Positions 9,244-21,200 of a DNA stretch of 33,019 nucleotides are shown here, in pieces. Below the pieces are notes generated by a model. The model was not told the DNA's origin, did no database searches, and worked only from the letters and a program-made list of their open reading frames with translations. Each line of letters starts with the position of its first letter. Position 1 is the stretch's first letter. The DNA is taken from positions 1 to 33,019 of the forward strand of contig JYFJ02004323.1 in the NCBI GenBank assembly GCA_000934665.2. The letters are read 5' to 3'. The DNA comes from Catajapyx aquilonaris (Eukaryota). A program made the position numbers and the translations under genes.

Positions 9244-12200
9244 ATGCAAGTCGAAGAAATACTGTCCAACATTGGAGCCATCCCATTATTATTTTGGGCC
9301 ACTGCATTTCTAACGACACTTGGGGCCATGGCGGTGAAGGTGGAAATGTACCTTCCTGGGTTCGTCATCAAGCTGTTCAAGTATGGGAAAACTGCTCCCA
9401 AGGCACTTGAGAAGACTCCATTGGACATTCAAGTACCCAAGAAGTGGTTTGCGCACTTCTACGTGTTTGCCACAGCGTACATGGCATTTGTGGTCTTCAC
9501 TGTTCTGGTGACATACCTAGCAGAGCAGACATTTCCAGGATGGTACAGGCATTTGCTAGAACTATTGCTACCAGAAGCAAAAGTTACAGGTACGGTAATC
9601 AAACTTATTAGATGTAAGATCTGTTTCAAAGTTATATTTCAAGGTGCACACAATATGTGCACAGTTTGTGTGGCTATGAACCAGGGGATTACTTATTATA
9701 AGGAATCGCCAAGGGAATCATTTGGTGTCAGCAGCCTCATTGCTGAGGTTATGGACCACAATGTTCAATGTTGCTTTTCCAACACTGATAACAAGGCTGA
9801 GTTCCAGTATGCCATTCATAGGAGTAATTGTCAAAAGCTCACCACAGCTGATAGACGAATAGATTATGGGTCATCATGATTCAGGTGATACATATTAGGT
9901 TGTGATCTGGCTAGAGAGATGTGGTGAATGTATGGTCATTGCAAAACTTCCAGTACGTGCTATACTTCATATTGTAACTTATGTAACGAGGCTGTAGAGA
10001 TCAAAGGACTTCCCTATGGCTCATGGAGTTCACCTGGAAAGTTTTTCATAATCATTATTTAACCTACGTACCTTATACCTGTTGCAGCCTTCTACGACCT
10101 TCACAAAGCTGAGATTGCAAAGTATTCACAGTCAGTTGAGTTATAAAGGATTTGAAAGAGTTACAATGGCCCTATTTAAGTGCCATTAAAATGTTGGATA
10201 AACAATTATCAATTATGAAACACATTATTTTGAAATTGCAGAAGCTTTGACGCAATCTGTCAGCATCAACTATCATTCCCTCATTCATTATGAACATTTT
10301 TGTCCAACACACACTGTCCAACACCAAAGGTCCAGTTGCTGGTTGATCATGAATGGAAGACATATCTTTTGTCTTTGGATGAATAGTTTGAATGAAAGGG
10401 TATATTGTAGCCTGCAAGATTTCAGTTGGACAAAATATCTTTGGTTGAAAATGGTTTAGGTGAAGTCGGGTGAAGTGTTATGCAACCATAATACAGGGCT
10501 ATTCATAAGTCTTGACCCTATTTTAAAAATTCGCCAAAAATACACTACACAACAGATAGTTGTAATTAATATGCCAAAAGAGCGAGAAAGGATCCGAGTT
10601 TTTTTTACAGCAAACCCCTCTCGTGTTGTAGCCTTGCTGTGCTGCTAGGAGGCAGTAGTTAGAAAATGATAAATTATGCATTATAAATGAACATAGAGGA
10701 TTACCTCTTTCAACAAGATGGTGCTCCACCTAATTTCCATACCCAGGTGCGATGGTACTTCAACCAAAATCTACCACGACGTTGGATTGGACGCACAAGT
10801 CCCGATGATGAGGTGTTAATGCGGTGGCCACCCTGGTCACCCGATTTAACTCGCGACTTTTTCTTACTGGGATTTGTGAACGACACTGTCTTTGTGCCTC
10901 CACTCACTGCCAATGTCCAGGAACTTCGCCACCGCATCACCATGGCTGTCACAAACTCTCAATGATTGACCTAACAAAAATTTACTCCATTTCGCCCCAT
11001 ACGCGAGCAAGCATGTCACATGCTTGCTCGCGTATGGGGCGAAATGGAGTATCGGATAGATGTGTGCCGCATCTCCAGAGGAGGACACATTGAACATTTG
11101 TAATGTGTGTAAAAAAAACTCGGATCCTTTCTCGCTCCTTTGGTATATTAATTACAACTATCTGTTGTGTAGTGTATTTTTGGTGAATTTTTAAAATAGG
11201 GTCAAGACTTTTGAATAGCCCTGTATATTGTTCCTAAGCGTAAGCATTCATGCAAGAATTAATAGTCCATTCACACAACTATAGTTTCTCTGCAGACAAG
11301 TGCTTGAGTTTTTGGTGACTGGGCATAGATTCAGTAACCAATATGATTACCTAACATCTGCATTTCCATGAATAATTCTTCATGCAAATACAGTTGCTCA
11401 CATCCACAATATCCTCCTGAGACCTAATGTCGTCATATCTCAACATCAGCAAAATATATATTTTGGTGCCAGCTAGTGGTGCCAACAGAACTGTAATCGG
11501 TTGGTATCCCATGATTACAATCTGGCCTCAATAAGGAGCCACCTAAGTGTCGAATATGTGACTTTGGCCGCGAAAATTAAATCACACACTGCCACTACTC
11601 ACTCACTCACTGCTCACTGCCGCTGCTGAATCCAGGCACTCATCCGATAAGTTTTATTTTTCTCCTCATTAATTTTAGTGCGATTTTCGTCAATGCAACT
11701 AATGTCCTGGGATTCACAAGGAATGTGTATTAGGAAATGCGAAAAGATGTGTCCGCATGACAATCTTTGTTGCTGTAGAGAACTGGTGATTTTCTTTTCC
11801 TCCTGAGACCCAATGTCCATTTAAAAGTTTTTTTTATCTGAATGGGCTGTGACTTTTCTTTAAGTGTCTATACACCCATAAGGAAGTGTGCTTTGCACTA
11901 TGCAGTTCAGTTTTAACAAATTAGAATAGCGAGGTACCATGCTAGGGGGTAAGAAGGGCCATGCCTGGAGTGGTGGCCTTGAAAAATAATTTCATGTTAA
12001 TCATTAATTGTCTTCTGAGAGGAATTGCTAACATGAATTCCACAAATGAATTTTAAAAACATTGTTTTGAGGATAGAGCACTATGTTAGTGATCCATTAA
12101 GTGGCATTTTAATTTTCAGCTTTCATCTGTTCTGCTTTTGCAGCAGCAATTGAGTCCTAATGTTCTCATTGGTTGTTTGTCATTATTTTTGTCAATATTT

Positions 12201-13558
12201 TAGAACTATCATTTTTTTCTCATTTCTTAATGAGAAAATGTTCAGAAAATGCAATAGGAACTGGCATTGTGTTACTCCATTCTTCTCGGGTCTCGGGAGG
12301 ATATACCTGAACCGCTTCGTGGCCTCCATAGTCAGCATATTGATAATAAATTATGCACATTTTATGTATTTATTGGCCACCTATGACCTATTGTGTGTCT
12401 TTTCCTTTAAAGCTCACTAGTCACACAAATAAGGTTTTGCACCTTGAAGGGTAGGCGACATCAGGCCTTAGGTGATTTAATAATCTGTCACTCTTCCTAT
12501 TGTTTCATATTGTAGCTGCAGTTTATTGTATCACAGTAAGACCTGCTGCATACTCTCATATTAATACTCACCATGTCACACTACTATTAGCACAATCAGG
12601 TTAATCTAATTTGACAGTGCTGTTTTATTAGTGCCTTTTCCAGCAGCTAACAATGTGCCTTCTGCATTTATACAGGCTCACTACTTGAAACTTGAGGCTC
12701 TTACCAGGTGTGTGCCGGCATTTCCTTACCTGTAGCTTACCTCTACCCTAGTTGTACCTTGCTAGTATAGAGCCTACAATATGATTTTATTTAATGCCTT
12801 CAGGAAGTTCTCGAGGCAGATTATTGTTCACCTTCTTTATTAATTTTTATTTTTTAATAGTGTCTCCATCTGTAATCATGCTGGCAACATTCTTGTTCCT
12901 GATGCAAGTATCAAGGCGGCTGTATGAGTGCTACTTCATCAGTATCTTCTCCCCGGCCACCATGAGTGTCTTCCATTACGCAGTTGGATTCGCCCACTAC
13001 TTTGGTTCTTCTACCTCCCTGTTGACCCAGGCACCAACTCACTTCAGAGGAAACCTGAGTCTCTCTGAGATTAGTCCAACAGCTTGGGTGGGCACTGCCA
13101 TTTTCATTTGGGCTTGGTATCAGCAATACGCTGCTGCATTGGGCCTTGCCAATTTGCGCAAGAAAAAGGATGGTTAGTCAATAGCACATGCGTCAGAGTC
13201 ATGATATTTGCTATTTTACAAGTTACGTTGAACCCAATTCCAGGAAGCATAAGTCATGAGCATCGGATGCCTCAGGGAGGGCTGTTTGAGCTGGTGTCGT
13301 GTCCACATTATTATGCAGAGGTGCTTATTTACTCTTCCATGTACCTGATTGTTGGATTTGGAAACTTTGCATGGCTGGCTGTGTTGGCCTGGGTTGTATC
13401 CAATCAGGTAAGATTTTCAGTATGTTGCTGCATGAGTAAAAGGCTGATCCATTTTTATTTTTCAGACTATAAGTGCCCTTATGTGCCATGAATGGTACCA
13501 GAAGAAATTTAAGAGTTATCCCAAGAATCGAAAGGCTATTTACCCATTTGTGCTGTGA
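9244..13558 (+). CDS. SRD5A3: Polyprenol reductase (SRD5A3/DFG10 family). Exons 9244-9589, 12861-13172, 13244-13407, 13466-13558; 304 aa.
   Basis: In-frame GT-AG splicing. Motifs KYGKT, VPKKWFAHFY, QVSRRLYEC, HYAVGFAHY, LANLRK, HRMPQGGLFELVSCPHYYAEVLIY, NQ..SAL..HEWY..KFKSYPKNRKAIYPFVL. Confidence 0.95.
10494..11223 (+). mobile_element. Non-autonomous Tc1/mariner element (730 bp) in SRD5A3 intron, with C-terminal transposase remnant
   Basis: TA TSD on both sides; ~115-bp TIRs (CAGGGCTATTCATAAGTCTTGACCC.../...GGGTCAAGACTTTTGAATAGCCCTG). Internal 10687-10965 reads FQQDGAPP..RWIGR..WPPWSPDLTRDFFLLGFVND.VFVPP. Confidence 0.93.
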
Positions 13559-14020
13559 TGTTCTCTTGAATACCATGTTTGCTTGTTTGTTAACTCATTT
13601 TTTATTACTGATAAATGCTCATATTTCTTGCCCGTTGTTTTATTGAGTTTGTTGATGTCAGCTGTTTCTTGTCCTTTTTTAAATGCTCCACTTTAGCCAA
13701 TTCTGTCTACAATATGCTGCTTCCTGTTGCTTTTATTGCGGCACACATGGTACACATGGTTTCTCCTCAGCTTATGAGGCATGCATAATTACAGGATGGC
13801 TCACTAAAAATTCATTCGTAATCCATCAGGCCTCCATCAGGCCAAATAGAATGCAACGTTGATGATTGGGTTATCCCTGAAAATTGTTTGTGTCCATGGG
13901 AATGGGATTATTTGTCACACTAGATGAACTAATAATTTTCTTGGAGAGGTTAAAATCATACCTTACAGGAGTGTTTCTTGATAAATTTTTCCATGTGTGT
14001 TGCATTGACATTTGGTATTT

Positions 14021-14104
14021 ATGCATGATCAAGTCACACCACATGAAAATTATTGCTCTTTATACAGAGCAATAATTTTCATGTGGTGTGACTTGATCAT
14101 GCAT
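14021..14104. repeat. Perfect 39-bp inverted repeat with 6-nt loop
   Basis: 14021-14059 is the exact reverse complement of 14066-14104; loop ttatac. Confidence 0.95.
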
Positions 14105-15547
14105 TTTCAGGGAAGTGGAAAGACAAGGTTCACAAATCATCATTCATTACATAGTCACATTATTTGAAATTCTGAACTACAAGAAACTGTGACCTACAAA
14201 AAATCAGTTTCTAGTTTTAAAAATTCTTTCAAGTGAACAAGTGAGATTAAATGGTGCATTGTAAAGTTAATTTTCTCCAGAAAACACATCTTGATGAAGA
14301 TTATTCTCTGGATAGAGGTACTCTTTTTTGAATCTCTTAATCCCTGCCAGACTGGATTCATGCCTTCATCTGCCATCATATAATAATCAGTATCTGTAAT
14401 AAGCAAAGTTTTGAACTGATGGATTTGTAGCTTGGACTTCCACTGGCAGCGGCTCTCCCAGGACAGACCTGTCAATGGACATAACCATTTTCGCAGCGTA
14501 GCAAATAATATTGATGTTTAGTTATAATCGGGTTTTTACGAGCGTAAAATAATCATTGCAATGAATTTTAAAACTTGACTCATTTTATGATAAAGAGGTT
14601 TTAAAGCTTTCATATTGTATAATGTGTCTTATGAGAAATGAGAGTATATGTTACTATTCTTAAGAAGCCAAAACTAAAGATAATGGTTCGAGTCACTTTG
14701 TTCACAAGTCCTGCTGGTTTCGCCAACAGTGACAGTAATAATAACTGGCAGCTGGTGCTGCTGCAAAAGGACACGGAGACCATTGATACCGATCGTGTTG
14801 CAAGTAATAATTTGCTCTTGAAAACAAGTTCCAATCACACATTCATCCAATATGTAGCGCCCCATGACTTCAACAACCAGGCTTCTGAACTTGTCCCATG
14901 CATATTTATCACCCAACCCACACTTGGTAATAATCAGCCCCTCCAGAAGAGAGCTAGGGGTGCAACGCAAGAGCAAGGAGGAGGAGAAGGAAAAAAATAA
15001 ATGGCAACTTTCACTCCAACTGGATCAGAGGTGCTATCCCCACACGCCTGGCCATAAATGGGAAGAGTCTGTGGAATCATTTGGGGAGTTCAACCCGATC
15101 TCACTTGGCGTATACCGTAACTTCAGGCCGCGCCTGTTTCCTGATGTGGGGAGTTCATTGAGACTGCTTGTGCCTTCTTTTTTTCCCCCCTTCTTCTTCT
15201 TTAGCTTGCTTGCTTTCAACTCGAAGCACCCACACTCACCTGCATTCCTGACTGTCTATAACCCCTACCTACACCCATTTTACAATGTGAGATAAAACTG
15301 GGAGCCATGGACCCAATGCCTAAGCGTGGGGGGAAAAATATGTGCCTTGGAATAGTTCAATGTGGAAAATAGTGCCAATTCACACATATTTTATTATGCA
15401 AATTCGTAAATTGCATAGTTGTCGCAGCTCTTTGAATTGGACACTATCGAGTGAGTGTCAATTTTTTGAGAAAATAAGGAGAGGATAAATGTTGCCCTAA
15501 AAATGTTTTACAGTGCGGACATCACATCATCATTAATGCAAAAAACA

Positions 15548-15740
15548 ATATTAATTGCAATTATGCAAATAATATTGTAATAATGCAAATAACTATTACT
15601 TAATTTCAATAATTCAAATGATAATATTAATTACAATTATGCAAATAATAATATTGTAATAATGCAAATAACTATTAATTTCAATAATTCAAATGATATT
15701 GATTGCAATTATGCAAATAACTATTAATTGCAATAATGCA
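15548..15740. repeat. AT-rich tandem repeat, ~75-bp unit x ~2.5
   Basis: Unit atattaatt(g/a)caattatgcaaataatattgtaataatgcaaataactatt...ttcaataattcaaatgat is repeated. Confidence 0.8.
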
Positions 15741-18089
15741 AGAAAGATTCGAGATGATGTGGACACTCGTATTATTGAATTTAAGAGTTGTTTGTGGTTG
15801 TATGAAGCCATAATTATGAAAACACAGTAGGCAAATAAATTTTTTGAATGTGTACTGAATAACATTTTGAAATGCAAAAATGAAGTTGATTGATTGAAGT
15901 TTAATTGTGAAGTACAAAACTATAGCATTCAGGATTTTCAATGCAATTTAAGTTTCAAACACTAATGACAGTCAAATCTTGAAGAAACCCGAAATAACAA
16001 TATGTACTGCATAATTAGTATTAGTTCATATTTTACGTCGCTGATGTCACCCGCTCATTAAGCGTTGAAATTAATGTCATATACACGACACTGTCTCTTT
16101 GATAGACGTGGGCAGAACAACATGATGAGCCAGAAATCAAGCTTTGATTTTCTCCACGATAAGCAGTCACCGATTTGTTACGGTCTTACCCCAACATTAA
16201 TTGGATTAACAACGATCCGCCATACATTTTCTCATGTCTTATTGCCTGGCCACACACACCAGGCGATCCCGTCCCTGATTATTGTACACACACTCGAGCA
16301 CCCCCAATAAAGCAGAAGTCCAAACCTTTTGTTTGCCAATCAAGTATTATAATCGTGATTTGCAAAAAAAGGCGTTTTCCTAAACCGTGGGCAGGGTGTA
16401 ACGGAGACTTCCTGCTATGACCTTTACTAATCCTCAAGGAAATCTGGCTGCCAGCAAGATTCCACACATCACCGCCACAATATCCCAGTCAACGACCTTT
16501 CCAAGGTTGTTCCCTCAGTCCCTCACCATTACACCTGAGGGCTTATCTCTGGCNTACCCCCCCCCCCCCCCTCCACAAAACCTCCACTTGACAAATGTCC
16601 AACAGCTTCCGTCTGCAGGTTCATTGCTATGCTAATGAGCTGAGGAGCAATAATGATAACTTGAACGAAGGAAGAAGAAAAAAAATTAGTGTGTACACAT
16701 GGCTTAGAGAGGAGGAGACACATAGATATTTGAGTCAATTAAGTGTCATGGTAGCGATTGAGAAAAATTGAGATGGGAGTGATTTTGGGCCGGGGCCGAA
16801 GCGGAACAGCAGATGAAGGATGATTGAGATGACGAGTTCCGTAAATAAATCTCATTTTGGCGGACGGCCAGGAATTCCATTTGCTGTGCAAAGTAGAATA
16901 ACTCTCAAGAGCTGATTACATGTGTCGAGAGAAGGGCTTTGGAGACAGGGAGATATGCAGTCCATAGGGGTCGTTTACATTGAGTCAAAGTGTATGCAAA
17001 TATCTCAAATTTCTGTTATCTACCCAATTGTTTGACTCCCAGCAACTGGCATATTGGTCCAATAAGAGTGTTGAATTGCTGGTTGCTGCCCATTGGAGCT
17101 TGAGGTTGCCCTGGTGCTGCATAGGTGCTGCGACCTTACCTATTATGCAAGGACGGCTGAGGGGTTGAGGACTGGACTCCAGTGCTGGTTGGTGGGTGTG
17201 TGCGAATACATTCCGCATCCGCTTCGTGCAAGAATTTTTGATCAGGCGGGGGATGGCGAAATATTAGCCAGTCACACACACCCTTCGTGCTCACATTCAT
17301 CATCACATGTGACATGTGCAGGTGGGCCCCCATTACCTTTTTTCCATTGGCTCCCATGTTGATGCCATTACATGAGAATGTAGGGGCTGATGCCCAGACT
17401 AGAAATTGCAACAAATTCGCAGCATTACCGGAATTTGAAGATTGTACTTTGTTGATTTTTGAGCAGGTCAGGAATTTACACGGTTTGGCTGCATTTCCAC
17501 CTGGCCCAAGTTCACCCTCCAGCAGGGTGACGTCAACTGCCAAAGATTTCCACCAGAACATTACCTCACCGCGCGCCTCTCTCATCGCATAGCATGGCAT
17601 GCTTCCTTACAAGAAGAAGAAGAAAAAAAAAACCGCATGCAATTATTTCCCCCCCTCGGACTATAAATCCCGCCGGATTTATTAACCAACCAGCTTTGCG
17701 ACCAATTAGCCCAGCCAACAGTCGCAATTATGTGACGCACTTGATGTCTCAATGATGCTATATGGCTTTTCAACCGGACAGGTCAGCATCCTTTTTTTTT
17801 AAACAAAAAAAAAGGGGGGGGGGGGGACCAGCTCCNGAAGGGGATAAGAGGGGAGGGGGGGTAGAAAAAGCCCCCACGCTGGGCGCCAGTAAATACAGGT
17901 AGCAGATGCGGAGATCATGTTGACACGGACAAGGGGGCCCACAAAAAAAAAGACGGTGCAGCAACAACAACAACCCCGAAGAAAAAAAATTGTAACAAAT
18001 GAACCGACTGAACGGCCGGTTTTTGCTGTTAGGCCAAATCCTTCAAGGGGCCTGGTTTGCCCCGGAGTCAACCGCCCCGTTATGTTACA

Positions 18090-18633
18090 CAGGGTGGTGC
18101 ACTGTCTGAGTACGTATATCCAGCAACCCAGCATGATCATGCGTGGAAATGTAAAATGCAATAATTGCACCTGGTACTTTTACAGTATATTTTTTTGGAG
18201 GAATTGAAAGTACTTGCTGATGTACGCTGTGATGGTTGGACTTGTATGTAACTGGGGCCAGTAGATGGCTGGAGCTGTTCGGTGAGGAGTGTTCACACTG
18301 CCTTGGTTATGAATGGAACAATCCGGCTGTCTTCATAAGCAGGCGCATGTGTCGAGAGTGGGATGGGAGTGGGGGGGGGATTCTGTATAAATAGATCAGG
18401 TCGTGCCTCAGTAATTGCAAGCATCTAGCAAAACAAAAGGATTTGTACTCGAACTACTGGTGTTAATCAAAGAAGTCGGTTTTGCACAAAAACACCAACA
18501 ATTTACGAAGATTTTTTTAAAATTAATTATTTTGCGATTGTTCATTTCAGCAACCAGTGAATGTGTTTTTTTTTCCTATTTACAAGCTGGTTGCTGGACC
18601 AATCCATTCACGTTTGGACTATGGACCACCCTG
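18090..18633. mobile_element. Possible old Tc1/mariner-type MITE with short TIRs
   Basis: CAGGGTGGTGCA at 18090 and TGGACCACCCTG|TA at 18622-18635 (11/12 complementary). Left flank is CA rather than TA. Confidence 0.35.
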
Positions 18634-19993
18634 TACAATAGCAACATCGACTGTTCCTAGCAGGACTTTCCTGCCATCTGGTCCTTCCAGTAGGCAAAAT
18701 TTTGCGCTGGAGTCTCATCAATAAACGGCAAGGTTATATGCAAGAGAGAGATTTTCCTGTATATGCAGCAGCGTTCATTATATGAACTATTAATTATTCG
18801 TGGGATCTGCTGAGGGGTTCATTTAGCATGTATTAAGTAGCTCTATTATGTAGGGCAGGCCGGATGATCTATCTTTTGGGTCACAGATGTAACTTCATAG
18901 TGATAGGAACGCGGAACTTTTGCTTTGCAAGTGGGCCGGAAGGTTCAGTTTGTAAAATCGGCCGGAAATGTGGCTCGCTTTTTTTTTGCATTCTTTTTGA
19001 GACATGAAACAACCCCCTCGATGGTTGTTGAAGGAATTAGACGGTGTATATCTAATCTAATGTACGAGGAGATATGTAAGAGGATCGGACGTTCTCTTTC
19101 CTCTCCCGGAACTGGTTGGGCAGAGGCGCGGCGCCTATTTTCGACCTTCATTTGGGGACACCCAAAGAACCTTCGGAGACTAATGCCCACTATAAAGGCA
19201 CTCACACTTTGGAATTGTACAACTAAGATGGGGGGCAGAGAATTTATTTAATTTTATTTATTGAAAATATTGAAAAGCTGTTCGGTTTATGAGCTACTCA
19301 GATTGCAAGGTGACCAATCAGTGATCAAACAGAATATAATTTCTCTCCAATGTGTCATCAGTCCTTGTTTAGTTTATAGGGATGAGCAGTTATGAAGCCA
19401 AAAAATTATTAACGTCAGTGATGGCCATATTTTATGTTTTCGAATCCATATGGCTCGTTGTCAGGCTACCAGGTGCAAGAATGGGTCTGGCTCTAATTTA
19501 CCATGGAAAGTTTGATAACGTGTTATCTATAGTCGTCTGTAACAGTTCAGGGCTGCCCTTTGAGCGTTTTTAAAGCTATATAGAACGTGACATTGTTGCG
19601 ACATGCGCCTTGTTTCGTGATTTGATAATAAAGTTTAATGGTGCATTGTTTTTGGCAAATTTTCAGTGCCATTTAATTTTATTATGACTCAATTGCTACA
19701 AATAATTATTTAGCTAACACTTGATGTTAAGCATAGTGTTATCGCCGTTTATGACTATAGGCCACAGTATTATTGATGCTCAACTCGAAATATTGGCAAA
19801 GAAAAATTGCCAATGCAAATTGTACTGCGTCACGGCTTATAAAGTTATTACCAAACTTGTTTCACGGACCCCTTTGAATGCACTGAAAATACACGCCGAT
19901 AATTCTTTCCTTGCACAATTTAATTTTGTCCCGAGGGCCAACTCCCAAACTACTGATCGAAAACCGGTTTGACTCTTTTTTTTCTTTCATCAT

Positions 19994-20038
19994 CTTCTTC
20001 TTCTTCTTCTTCTTCTTCTTCTTCTTCTTCTTCTTCTT
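19994..20038. repeat. (CTT)15 microsatellite
   Basis: Direct reading. Confidence 0.95.
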
Positions 20039-21044
20039 CCTCCGAGAAGCTGTTTCCAGTGGGTGTCGATTAAAAAAGTCTTGCCGGTTACTTTCATCTC
20101 AGAAAACCGAGTGAAGAAACTGAAGAAAAAAATATAATTGTGGCCACCTCCCTTATAAACTTGCATGAAACAAGATGGCTGCTGCCACGAGCTGAATTGT
20201 CAAAATCCTGGACAGCGCGACACTTTGGACCCCTCAAAAGTTGGGCAACGAGTCACTCTGCTGGTCCTATACAAAAAAAAGTGACAAAAAGGTGGGAAAA
20301 AAGAAGGAGTGAGACGACGTGACACAACCCATTACTTTGAGATTCTGGTGGGCAGGTAGGCTTTTGCAGTCAATGCCGTCCACTCTTACGAAGGTCGAAA
20401 TCGCGTGTGGACGCCATCATTGTGCTGGAGCCCCGCGAGACCCGACCTCTTTTAACAAAACAACAGGCTTGTATTATACAGAGGAAAAAGGGTGGTGCAA
20501 CTAATACAAAAGTCGCCAGTTCAAGACCGAAGAGAATTTTGTGTTTACTCCAGCAACCTGCTGCCAATGGCTGCATAATATTTATCAGTGATATGAAATA
20601 TAACCGAGATTATAATTTCGTGATTTCGGATGATGGGCTAGGTCAGCATTGTTGTGTGGAGTTGTAACAAATATGTGGTCCTCATTATTACGTGATGGGT
20701 TAATCGTTCGCAGGGAGTCGAAATATTACACGCTAATGACTTCATTATCATAATCTGATGTTATAATTGTGTGGAAAAGGTGAACAGACTAAGTGCATTA
20801 CCCTGCGCGTTTCCAGGTGGAGGGAAATTGTTTTATAGAGGCGGAATTTTTTAACTTTTTTAAAAAAAAATTCATACCATGAAAAGGACATGCTTCACAG
20901 CCAGGAAGTTAAGGAATTGCAACTAATTATATATTATTGCTATAATAAAAATGTTTCGTATATTTTATATTTAAAATATAATTTACATTATCCCTTACTT
21001 TCATTATTATTAAATTGTTTACCAATATAGCCCAAATTTTGGGC

Positions 21045-21200
21045 AACACGCTAGCTACAATCGCAGACTTCCACCTCTGAGGTCCCGAGTTTGATCCCCG
21101 GGTCGAAAAAAATGCTTCTTATGTAGATAACGTTTCGACGGGTTCTCTCCGGATTCGCGTGGGTTTTCTCGGGGCTTTCTCACAATCAAAAAAACCATCC
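21045..21200 (+). mobile_element. Degenerate tRNA-derived SINE-like fragment
   Basis: B-box-like GAGTTTGATCCC in gacttccacctctgaggtcccgagtttgatccccggg, followed by gggttctctccgg/gggttttctcggg motifs resembling SINE body sequence. Confidence 0.4.

Noticed and set aside
11413..11820. Direct repeat tcctcctgagacc(t/c)aatgtc at ~11413 and ~11798 as LTRs or a TSD
   Set aside because: Only ~20 bp, with no LTR termini or internal features; probably decayed TE ends
15240..15308. Minus-strand mini-exon MAPSFISHCKMGVG.. as the upstream part of a macrodomain
   Set aside because: Splice phase (0) is incompatible with the 14953 acceptor (phase 2), and the similarity is too short
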